Source of the DNA: Candidatus Latescibacterota bacterium | GTDB taxonomy: Bacteria; Latescibacterota; UBA2968; UBA8231 | DNA length: 64,000 nt | Reading direction: 5' to 3' | NCBI GenBank assembly: GCA_965248265.1 | Contig: CBDFJF010000002.1 | Location: 1,248,001-1,312,000, forward strand | In this document: one piece after another, positions 29,623 through 38,249 of the stretch | Numbering within the stretch: position 1 is the first letter of the stretch | Layout of the letters: every line of letters starts with the position of its first letter | Made by a program: the position numbers and the translations under genes | The notes under the pieces: model-generated | What the model saw: only the letters and a program-made list of their open reading frames with translations | Told to the model about the DNA's origin: nothing | Databases searched by the model: none

Positions 29623-30288
29623 TTTGTAATTGTCGCCGTTGGCTGGAAGCTCGTGAGTTTTGACTATCCGACTGTATTTACCCCGACGGGTAAAAGTCCG
29701 TTTTCTGTCGACGGTCTCGTTTTCTTTTTAGAGACGATCAAAGGAACGGCCTTTTATTCATTTCTTATTTTAAAGTCCCAACCACTTATAGCTATATTGC
29801 TTGTTGTTTTCATTCCAGTCGCCATTTGGTGGCGTGTAGGGTGGCGACTGTCAGCTGGCATGTGCCTTATGGGCGCGATGTACCTTAGTGCGATTGCCAG
29901 CGTATATACTTTTGCGTTTCCAGGCAAAGAAGGCGAAAGATTGGCCGGATACGATCGGTATTTTAGCGAGCTTCTAAAAATACTATTATTCGTTACTAGT
30001 TTGCTCTATTCGTTTTCAAAAGCAGAGAACCGAGCTCATTAAGCAGCATATAACAAAAGTCATTGCAGTTCTCGCTGTGTCGCTTTTTTGGCTTGTCGTC
30101 AAGCAGGCACAAAGTTCGGCGTCAGCTGTCAAAGACGACTTAATTCCGCAGATTGCGTTTGTTCAAGAAACGGTCTCCCGAGTCCCTGGGTCACATAAAA
30201 TTATGGCGATCAACATCGACGGTGATCACATTTTAGGCTTTAAATTTGACTATTGGGCAGTCAGGAGAAAGGTCAAGGACAGGTTGCA
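29623..30288 (+). pseudogene. Internal fragment of a polytopic membrane protein, truncated at both ends and interrupted near 30040
   Basis: Two consecutive hydrophobic ORF pieces (29653..30042 and 30077..). The second runs into repeat copy 2. Confidence 0.55.
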
Positions 30289-30513
30289 TTCGCCGCCTGA
30301 CATCGATTCACGGCCACAGCCAAGGCACCGCTGTGCCCTGATACGTCACTGGCAACGCCCTCCTCGCTCACAGCTGTTCACCGCGCGGCACCATTCCCAG
30401 CCTCAAGGTTCATCCATCGACCGTCAACCCACGAAAACCGCCATCAACACCGTCAAAAAACAAAAATAGCACCTGACCGATTAACGATAACCTATTTTAT
30501 AGCCACTAAGCAC
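30289..30513 (+). repeat. Element right end, copy 2 (no transposase attached)
   Basis: Direct repeat of 25386..25610 that includes only the last few codons of the transposase. Confidence 0.95.
30480..30507. other. dif-like site, copy 2
   Basis: Identical to 25577..25604, in the same orientation. Confidence 0.55.
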
Positions 30514-30700
30514 ATGGCAAACCGCACGTGTGGCGCGATGTGATTTGTATGATTTCTAGCATATGACCCCACAAGGAGTGCAAAAGGTTGGGGTGCTCTT
30601 GTACGAAGCACTTAATAGGCCATTGCAGTTGCCGTTAATTACCCACCCGCAAGGAATAGCTCGCCGCGTTTGTCGACCCTATTCAAACGGAGCAGCGACC

Positions 30701-31844
30701 GTGAAAGTCACCGCCGTCGAAACCCACATTGCAGCGACCTGGACATTCGTCAAAGTAGTGACCGACGAGGGGCTCTACGGAGTCGGCGAGGTCCACCCCG
30801 CCAGCGGCACCGGCGGCACGCCGTTCACCGCCAGGGCCGCAATCGAATACTGCGCCGAATACCTGGTCGGCAAAGACCCGCTGGCCATCGAGAAGCACTG
30901 GCAGCATATGTTTCGCCGCTGCCTTTTCCGCGGCGGCTCCGATCTAATGGCCGCCATCGGCGGCATCGATACGGCGCTGTGGGATCTCGCCGGCAAAGCG
31001 GCCAATTTGCCCGTGCACCGACTCCTCGGGGGACCGACGAGGGACCAGGTGCGCGTCTATGTCCACCTCGGCGGCGATTCACCCGAGCACATGGCCGAAA
31101 ACGCCGAGAAAACTGCTCGCCGAGGGCTACACCGCCCTGCGCTTCTACCCATTGGGCTCGTTTCACGCCGACTTTCCGAGCTACCAGGCGCTGGTGCGCA
31201 CCGCGGTCCGCTATACCGCAGCGGTGCGCGAAGCCGCAGGCCCCGATACTGACCTCATGATCGACGTCATCAACCGGCTCACCCCGCCCGAGGCCAACGC
31301 CATCGGCCGCGCCCTCGAACCCTTCGGTCTGTTCTTTTTTGAGGACCCGATCGAGCCGGACAATATCGACGCCATGGCGCACGTGGCGGCCGAAGTGCCG
31401 ATGCCGGTCGCGTCCGGAGAGCGCCTCTATACGATCTACCAGTTCCGGGAGCTGTTCAACAAGAACGCTTCCGCCTACGCTCGGCCGGATCTGAGCCTTG
31501 CGGGCGGCATAACCAACATCAAAAAGATCGCGGCCCTGGCCGAGGCCAGCTATGTCGGCGTCGTACCGCACAACCCGCTCAGCCCGATCATGACCGCGGC
31601 CTGCGTCCAGCTCGACGCCGCGACCCACAATATCGCCATTCAGGAATACTCGGCGACCGAGTGCGACGCGCCCAAGAGCGATATCGTCGATCAGCTGCTG
31701 GCGATCAAGGACGGCCACCTGCAATTGCCGGACCGACCCGGCATCGGCATAGACCTCAATCTCGAAGCGTTCCCGCACTACCCACCGCAGCCCTGGACCA
31801 GAGCAGCAATCTCCAATAGCGACGGTGCGCTGCGGGAGTATTAG
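30701..31844 (+). pseudogene. DgoD-like enolase-superfamily enzyme with a +1 frameshift
   Basis: The N-terminal half (GTG 30701, GIDTALWDLAGK) and C-terminal half (FFED, SGER, PHNP) are in different frames. The shift falls in GAGAAAACTG near 31110 and may be a sequencing error. Confidence 0.8.
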
Positions 31845-31868
31845 CTGGCCGGATATGCCTATTGAGAG

Positions 31869-31998
31869 ATGAAAAAAGAAAATCTGATTTCCTTTGGGCT
31901 CGACGCCGCCGATCTGGAAGAGCGCGGCCAGTTTAGCGATTTGCGCTACGACGGCGAGGGCGCTATTGGCCTCGACGATAGAGTGCTGGTGGAGGACG
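31869..31998 (+). pseudogene. 5' stub of an unknown gene fused to a larA 3' remnant
   Basis: ATG after GAGAG, reading MKKENLISFGLDAADLEERGQFSDL..., then switching to larA-tail sequence at about 31999. Confidence 0.45.
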
Positions 31999-32661
31999 CT
32001 GACAGCCATTCACGGAAGCCATGCGAAGGCGGCACTATTCCCGGCCGGTGCTCTGCAGATGGCGGAGCAGTAGGATACAACCCGCTCAACTGTCGTAGTC
32101 AACATGTAGCTGCGCCCCGTCCACGATCACGGGTGCTGGTCGCGATTCACCCACCCTGGTGACCGTGAACTCTACCATGTTTTCCCCTCTCTTGACCTGC
32201 GCCGGGTTGAGTGGGCATTCCAACCACTGCCCCCCGGTCGCCGCCTGTGACGGGCCGGCAGGGCCGAGGCCGTCGAGGACCACATCGTTGAGCTTCACCA
32301 GTATCTCGTCATCTCCGGCAGAATCCCAAAGGTGGAGGCGAAGACGCCATCCAGGATCGTCGCCCGCGGTCGCATCCTCGCCTACCTGAAACGGCACGCT
32401 GACGGGCTCTCCCGGTTTCAGTTGCAGCTCCTGCGACTCCGCAAGGCTGGACTTCCCAGGGAAACGGTCCACACCGAATATCTTGCTCTTGTTGGCCATC
32501 AAGGCGGGATCACCGATCTCCCGCCAGGTATCGATATCAGTGCTGTGAAAACCGTTGAAGATGTAGACCCCGTCGGCACCTGAGTTCCAGGCATTCATCG
32601 CCGCACCGCGCCACGCGGGAGCGACTCCGTCCCAGGAGTTGAACTCCTGGATGTAACACCG
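31999..32661. repeat. Diverged duplicate of 23042..23703 (larA 3' tip plus GHL10-like 3' end)
   Basis: Colinear alignment by eye, roughly 85-90% identical. The larA tip ends at TAG 32073. Confidence 0.9.
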
Positions 32662-33720
32662 TTTGTCCAGGTCGTTCGGATGACCTCCGTAGAGTGTTTT
32701 TACCCACGAGCCGTAGGTCCGGTGCTCCCCCGATCCCAGGCCGAGAAAAGCCCAATGAACCCAGAGTGGCCAAACGACGCACGGGTACACCGGCACATCA
32801 TGCCGGTGCGCGAGGTCGACGATCTCGCGGAACGAATCAGTCATCATGGACTCCTCGAGACCGCCCGCTATCAGGATATCGACGAGGTCCTCTGCCAGCC
32901 ACCGCTTCACGTCCAGGCCGACGAATCGCGCGTCCGAGGCTGTGAAAGGCGTGCGCACAGCTAGCAGCAGGGGACGCCCGCGTTCGAGCTCCACGTCGGC
33001 GGTCATCCTCTTTATGCGCCGCACCAGATCCGTCATCATCTCCAGGTGGCGTTCCTCCACCGGGTTGCCAGCTAACGAAGCTGCAAAAAACGGGGGGCTT
33101 CGCAGGAAGTCCAACTCGACACCATCGACGTCGTATCCCTCACACACTTCACGAACCAGGGAGAAGATGTGCTCGGTTACCTCTGGACGGCTGAAATCGA
33201 GGGATGTCCACTCAGAGTGACGTGGTCCCTCCGGATACTTCTCCCAATCACCCGGCTCTCCAAGCAGGTACTCGGGATGATCCTGTTTGAAGGGAGCTAT
33301 CCCATAGTACCGGGTGCGATACCCCTCCGGATAGGAGTCATGGGTGTCGTTGACGCGCAGGGACCAGAAAACTTCCAGGCCGTTGTCGTGGGCGTGGTCC
33401 ACCTGAATCTGCAGGTCATCGCGCCCGTAGGTATCGATGAGCTCCTGCGAAACCCCTTTTCCATAGTAGCCACCTAGTTTGGTATGGTGCGTGAACCAGA
33501 GGCCTCCCGTGCAGGTGGAATACCAGATGCTGTCGACGTTGGTGCCCACCAGGGAGGTGGTGCGCGCGTTCAGGTAGTCATCGATCAGCTCCCCTCCACT
33601 GCGCGCCAACAACTGCCAGTCGCCGTCGTGGTGATTCTGCACCTCCCTCACGTCGTCACCGTCATTGTTGTAGATCAGCCGCCGCTTGCGCCAGCGTGCC
33701 GCTCGCCGTTTCTCATCCAT
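32086..33720 (-). CDS. GHL10-like glycosyl-hydrolase-like protein
   Basis: RRLIYNNDG, FWSLRVNDTHD, LDFSRPEV and YDVDGVELDFLR. ATG 33720 follows GAGGG. Confidence 0.7.
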   Translation of the reverse strand: MDEKRRAARWRKRRLIYNNDGDDVREVQNHHDGDWQLLARSGGELIDDYLNARTTSLVGTNVDSIWYSTCTGGLWFTHHTKLGGYYGKGVSQELIDTYGRDDLQIQVDHAHDNGLEVFWSLRVNDTHDSYPEGYRTRYYGIAPFKQDHPEYLLGEPGDWEKYPEGPRHSEWTSLDFSRPEVTEHIFSLVREVCEGYDVDGVELDFLRSPPFFAASLAGNPVEERHLEMMTDLVRRIKRMTADVELERGRPLLLAVRTPFTASDARFVGLDVKRWLAEDLVDILIAGGLEESMMTDSFREIVDLAHRHDVPVYPCVVWPLWVHWAFLGLGSGEHRTYGSWVKTLYGGHPNDLDKRCYIQEFNSWDGVAPAWRGAAMNAWNSGADGVYIFNGFHSTDIDTWREIGDPALMANKSKIFGVDRFPGKSSLAESQELQLKPGEPVSVPFQVGEDATAGDDPGWRLRLHLWDSAGDDEILVKLNDVVLDGLGPAGPSQAATGGQWLECPLNPAQVKRGENMVEFTVTRVGESRPAPVIVDGAQLHVDYDS

Positions 33721-33910
33721 CCTGGTTTCCCTCTTTGTTCGTGGGCGCTTCCTGCAATTCAGTGGAAGATATGGACGTGACCGTGGGCAATGCGAGCGTC
33801 GTGGTAATTCGTTGTTGCCACCTGGCCGATGTTCTATGTTCCTCGACCGTTGTCGCAGCAACCGAGTGGGCACTGGCTGACTGAACATACCGAATGGGGA
33901 GCATTCAGAA

Positions 33911-34282
33911 ATGGTACACAAGATTCACAAGATCGCGATCATAACCGACGATATCGACGGAGCCGTTGAGTTCTACACGCAGAAGTTAGGGTTGTCCGTT
34001 GTCGAGCGCTTCGCCAACGAGGATGATGAGGACTACGTCTTCCTCGATGCCGGAGGCATCCTGCTCGAGCTGATGCCGCAGAAGACCATGGGGCAGGACA
34101 GCGGTTTCCACCACATCTCGTTCGACGTCGACAGCGTCGAGGACAGTGCACGGGAGTTGAAGGACAAGGGAGTCCCCATCACCGTGGAACCTTTTGAGGT
34201 GGGTGGGGGGACCGGTATCACGCTGGGTTTCTTTGAGGGCCCCAACAAGATGAACCTGCAGCTCTTCCATCGCGAGAAATGA
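33911..34282 (+). CDS. VOC/glyoxalase family protein
   Basis: AVEFYTQKLGL, LELM, GFHHISFDV and FFEGP motifs. Confidence 0.9.
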   Translation: MVHKIHKIAIITDDIDGAVEFYTQKLGLSVVERFANEDDEDYVFLDAGGILLELMPQKTMGQDSGFHHISFDVDSVEDSARELKDKGVPITVEPFEVGGGTGITLGFFEGPNKMNLQLFHREK

Positions 34283-34289
34283 GGTCGCC

Positions 34290-35108
34290 ATGCGCATCTT
34301 GAATGCCAATCGAGACGAAATGAAGGAGTTGAGCGGCGTCCATGCTGGTGCCGGGGCGATTCTCTTCAGTCGTCTGTGGGGTCGGTCCGATTTCGAGTCG
34401 CCTTTCGCCTTTTGTCACTCCGCGATCCTGCCGCCGCACTCTGGAATAGGCTATCACCGACACGACGATGCCGAAGAGATTTTCATCACAACCGACAACG
34501 CCGCGCAGTTCACGCACAACGGGAGGACGGCGATCGTCGAGGGCGGCGCCGCGGTGCCGGTGCGCTCAGGCGAGATCCACGCCATCTACAATCACACCGA
34601 ACAGGAGACGCGCTGGTTCAACGTCCACTGTGTGGTGCCCGGTGGGGACCCCAAGTCGACGGATCTGAACGACGACCGGGTCGGTGCGGAGCTGGAGTCG
34701 ACGGACCGGCTGCCCGTGGGACGACTGGATCGCACGGCACTCAAGTACGGCCCGCGGCACGGCGGTAAGGGCGAGGTCGGTGCTCGGATAATCTGGGGTC
34801 CGCAGGATTTCCGCAGCAATTTTCACGGCCTGGCCCATTGTCTGCTGCCGCCGGAGACTTCGATCGGCTATCACCGTCACGCCGCCGTCGAGGAATGCTA
34901 CATCATCATCGAAGGCGATGGACGGATGACGGAGGACGATGAGACCCAGGATGTTTCTCAATGGGATGTTATCCCCAGCCGGTTGGGGGGCAGCCACGGG
35001 CTCTACAATAACACGCAAGCCGATCTTGAACTGCTGGTGGTTTCCGTCTGTGTCGAGAAGGAGCAATTCGACGCGACGGATCTGGGCGACGACTTGAGTC
35101 AACGCTGA
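34290..35108 (+). CDS. Tandem (bi)cupin protein
   Basis: Two IGYHRH..EE....H.(I/L)YN cupin motifs. Confidence 0.85.
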   Translation: MRILNANRDEMKELSGVHAGAGAILFSRLWGRSDFESPFAFCHSAILPPHSGIGYHRHDDAEEIFITTDNAAQFTHNGRTAIVEGGAAVPVRSGEIHAIYNHTEQETRWFNVHCVVPGGDPKSTDLNDDRVGAELESTDRLPVGRLDRTALKYGPRHGGKGEVGARIIWGPQDFRSNFHGLAHCLLPPETSIGYHRHAAVEECYIIIEGDGRMTEDDETQDVSQWDVIPSRLGGSHGLYNNTQADLELLVVSVCVEKEQFDATDLGDDLSQR

Positions 35109-35136
35109 ATACACATTCTTCTAGAAAGGATTCCAA

Positions 35137-35907
35137 ATGGCATCGGTCAAAATCACATTCATCGGCCACGCATCTTTTCGTTTCGAGTCCGAAAAGACGG
35201 TTACCTACTTCGACACCTGGCTCGACGACAATCCCACCGCCAAAATGAAGCTCAGCCAGGTACGGAAAGCCGATATCGTCATCGCCAGCCACGGCCACGG
35301 CGACCACATCGGCGATTCCTATGAAATCTGCAAGCGCACCAAAGCCAAATTCGTCGGCAACTACGAGCTGTGTATGGTCGCCGAGCAGGTGCACGGTCTC
35401 AAGATGGGCTCCCGGGCGCTGTCGATGAATCCCGGCGGTACGGTCAAGGTCAAAGACGCCGCGATCACGATGGTCCAGGGCCATCACTCGCAGTCGCTCT
35501 CGACTCATGTGACCGGTGCGGAGCTGCCCTCAGGGGTGATTTTCCACCCCGACAGTGCCGTGAATGGTTTTTGCGTTGCGTACGACAGTGGCATCACCAT
35601 TTACGACACGGCGGATACCTGTCTCTTCAGTGATATGCAGCTGATAGGCCAGATGCACGGCCCGCAAGTCGTCATAATGCCGGTTGGCGGACAGTACACG
35701 ATGGGTATCCGCGAGGCGGCACGGGCGGCCAGTCTGATCCGGCCCGACGTGGTCATTCCCTGTCATTACGGGCCGATCATGGGACAGCCGGCCAATATTG
35801 GCGAGTTGAGCAAGGCAGTGAAGTTTCTGTCGCCGAATACTGAGGTAGTGGAGATGAAGGTGGGGCAGACGCTGACCTACACGGCGAGCAGTCACAGTCT
35901 GCGCTAG
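35137..35907 (+). CDS. Metallo-beta-lactamase-fold hydrolase (UPF0173/UlaG-like)
   Basis: GHASF, SHGHGDHIGD, DT.LFSDM and IPCHY motifs. Confidence 0.85.
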   Translation: MASVKITFIGHASFRFESEKTVTYFDTWLDDNPTAKMKLSQVRKADIVIASHGHGDHIGDSYEICKRTKAKFVGNYELCMVAEQVHGLKMGSRALSMNPGGTVKVKDAAITMVQGHHSQSLSTHVTGAELPSGVIFHPDSAVNGFCVAYDSGITIYDTADTCLFSDMQLIGQMHGPQVVIMPVGGQYTMGIREAARAASLIRPDVVIPCHYGPIMGQPANIGELSKAVKFLSPNTEVVEMKVGQTLTYTASSHSLR

Positions 35908-35926
35908 TGCAGGCGGTGGAGCTCCC

Positions 35927-36640
35927 ATGGCGCCCACGAAAGTGCTGATTACCGGCGCCGCCGGTGGCATCGGAAGCTATCTCCGCAAAGCCTTCGCAGA
36001 TCGCTACACCATGCGGCTGGCGGACATCGTCGAGATCGACGACCCGCAGGGGCACGAGGTCGTGAAGGCGGACATTACCGATCTGGACCAGATGCGTCGT
36101 GCCTGCGAGGGCATGGATGTGGTCGTCCACCTCGCCGCATGTCCGGACGCAAGCGCCGATTTCGACACCCTGCTGCCGTTGAACATCAGCGGCACCTACA
36201 ATGTTTTTCAAGCGGCGAAGGATGAGGGCTGTCGGCGGGTGGTGTTCGCCAGCAGCATCCACGCGATGCTGGGCTATCCGAAGGAGCTTTCTGCGCGCTC
36301 AGATATGCCGGTGAATCCGCCGAACTTCTACGGCGTCACCAAGTGCTTTGGCGAGGCACTGGCTCGGTGTTACGCCAATGACGGGCTGTCGTCAGTGTCG
36401 ATTCGGATCGGTGCCCTCAGGCTTCAGGATAATCCGGATCTGCAGCGGCCGGCGGCAGAGCGTGGGGAGGGGGAGGCCTGGATCAGTCAGCGCGACCTGG
36501 CCCAACTCTTCCAACGCAGCATCGACGCCGAAGGCGTCGACTTTGCCATCGTGCACGGGCAGAGCGGGCAGAAAAAACCATATCTCGACATTTCCCACGC
36601 TCGCGAGATTCTCGGTTACCAACCGCAGGATCCGCAGTAG
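35927..36640 (+). CDS. Uronate-dehydrogenase-like NAD-dependent SDR
   Basis: ITGAAGGIG, VVHLAA, FASSIHA, YGVTKCFGE, IRIG and WIS.RD motifs. Confidence 0.85.
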   Translation: MAPTKVLITGAAGGIGSYLRKAFADRYTMRLADIVEIDDPQGHEVVKADITDLDQMRRACEGMDVVVHLAACPDASADFDTLLPLNISGTYNVFQAAKDEGCRRVVFASSIHAMLGYPKELSARSDMPVNPPNFYGVTKCFGEALARCYANDGLSSVSIRIGALRLQDNPDLQRPAAERGEGEAWISQRDLAQLFQRSIDAEGVDFAIVHGQSGQKKPYLDISHAREILGYQPQDPQ

Positions 36641-36676
36641 GCCACGGACGGCCGCCGTACTCGGGTCGGAAGCTCG

Positions 36677-37765
36677 CTATCCCTTGTACTTGGGAAACAG
36701 CGGATCCTCCAGCGCCTCCTTGTAGCTCTGTGACCGTCCTGAGTGGTCGCCTCCGAGCCACCGGTAGGGCCTTGGGTAGAGCGTCAGCGAGCGGTCTTCC
36801 AGCGGGAGCTTCAGCGGCACGCTGCCCCACAAGGCCGAGTACTTGGCGGCGATCGCCAACTCCAGCGACTGCCGCAGGTCGTGTCCGGATATCCACAACT
36901 CACCACCGTTCGACACCACATTGAGGAACGACTGGATCGAGGTGCCCAGGTAGGAGTACCGGGGATATTCTTCCGGCGTGAACGCCCGTTCCACTTTGAT
37001 GCGGGCGCCGGCGTTGTCGAAACCCTGGTAGACTTCCACGGGCGCCCAGCTCCAGCGGACCAGCGCGTCGTCCGTCCACACGTCGACGCCACGAGACGGA
37101 GTCGCAGTACCGAAAACCGGGCAGATCAGACCGTTGCTCAGACGGAAGTTTCCGTGGATGACCAGGTCCTCGTCGCAATCGCTCTTGAGCGCTTCTTCGG
37201 GCGTACCCCAGGCAATAACTTCCGTTACTTCCGCATTGGCAAAAAGCCGCAGAACCGCGATAGCCTGGCATCCGCCACCCGAGATTTCGCCCCCCCATCC
37301 GTGCAGGCTGGCGCCGCGAAGTTCCCCGTAATCGCCCGCGCGCAGCCAACGGCCGGCATCCTGAATGTCCGTACTGGCCCGCTTGAGGTTGCCCCCGGCA
37401 AAGACCACGCCGCGCTCCGTACACACGTCGATCATCTCGTCTACGTCCGCCAGGCATGCCCCGATCGGCTTGTCGGTGGAAACCCCCTTCACACCGGCTT
37501 GAGCGCTGGCGATCACCGCCTCCTTGATGTGCTTGCCGGGCAGCACGACGGCGGCAATGTCGGGTTTGATTTCCCGGTACATGTCCGCCGCATCCCGATA
37601 GAGCGCCTTGACACCGAAGCGTTCGCCGACGGCCTTGCGCCGTTCCGGGTTGTATTCGGCGATGGCGACCAGTTCGGTATTCGGCAGGGTCTGGAAGACC
37701 TCGGCATAGTGCTGGCCGAGGCGCCCGCCGCCGATGATGGCAACGGTGTACTGGGGTTCAGCCAT
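36677..37765 (-). CDS. Gfo/Idh/MocA family oxidoreductase
   Basis: IIGGGRLG and TDKP motifs. GAGG RBS before ATG 37765. Confidence 0.85.
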   Translation of the reverse strand: MAEPQYTVAIIGGGRLGQHYAEVFQTLPNTELVAIAEYNPERRKAVGERFGVKALYRDAADMYREIKPDIAAVVLPGKHIKEAVIASAQAGVKGVSTDKPIGACLADVDEMIDVCTERGVVFAGGNLKRASTDIQDAGRWLRAGDYGELRGASLHGWGGEISGGGCQAIAVLRLFANAEVTEVIAWGTPEEALKSDCDEDLVIHGNFRLSNGLICPVFGTATPSRGVDVWTDDALVRWSWAPVEVYQGFDNAGARIKVERAFTPEEYPRYSYLGTSIQSFLNVVSNGGELWISGHDLRQSLELAIAAKYSALWGSVPLKLPLEDRSLTLYPRPYRWLGGDHSGRSQSYKEALEDPLFPKYKG

Positions 37766-37779
37766 GGGTGATTGCCTCC

Positions 37780-38225
37780 TCAAATCGCATTTGAATCTCC
37801 ATTCGAAAAGAACCCCCGATCGTAGACCGGCTGTGTCCACAGGCTGGCACCCGCTTCGCTGTGGGCGCGAACCCGTACGTAGCGCTCGTCTCCACGTAAC
37901 CGGTACTCAGCGACTTTCCCTTCTACGACCGACAGAATCGCGCCGTCCTCGCCCGAAAACAGGTAGCGATTCGGGGAGCCTTCCCAATCCTTGGATCCAG
38001 CCTCGACCGTGATCGTGGACCCGTCGAATTCGAACCGCTCCAACTCCAGTCCGTTCGAGCAGTAGAACTGACCCGACCGAACGGCCCCGAGCACGGATTC
38101 CCGATCGGCGTCGGTGTTGGAGTACAGCGTATTCCTTGGTACCATCGCATCACCAGCATGCAGGTGGAAGTTCGCGCGCAACCGACCGCGTCCTCTATAC
38201 CATTATATGGGTTCGCGTAGTCCAT
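37780..38225 (-). pseudogene. Deleted remnant of a PHP (CehA/McbA-like) metallohydrolase
   Basis: The C-terminal pattern SVLGAVRSGQFYCSNG ... RYVRV....G..LWTQP survives, but the N-terminal domain is missing and the frames are broken. Confidence 0.55.
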
Positions 38226-38249
38226 GGGGTGCGCAACGCCAGGTCAGCG

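Larger units (their letters stand above)
23704..30513 (+). mobile_element. Composite ISCR/IS91-like rolling-circle element with duplicated right end and low-GC cargo
   Basis: HUH transposase, 225-bp direct repeats at 25386-25610 and 30289-30513, an abrupt GC drop between them, and truncated genes at the junctions. Confidence 0.8.
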
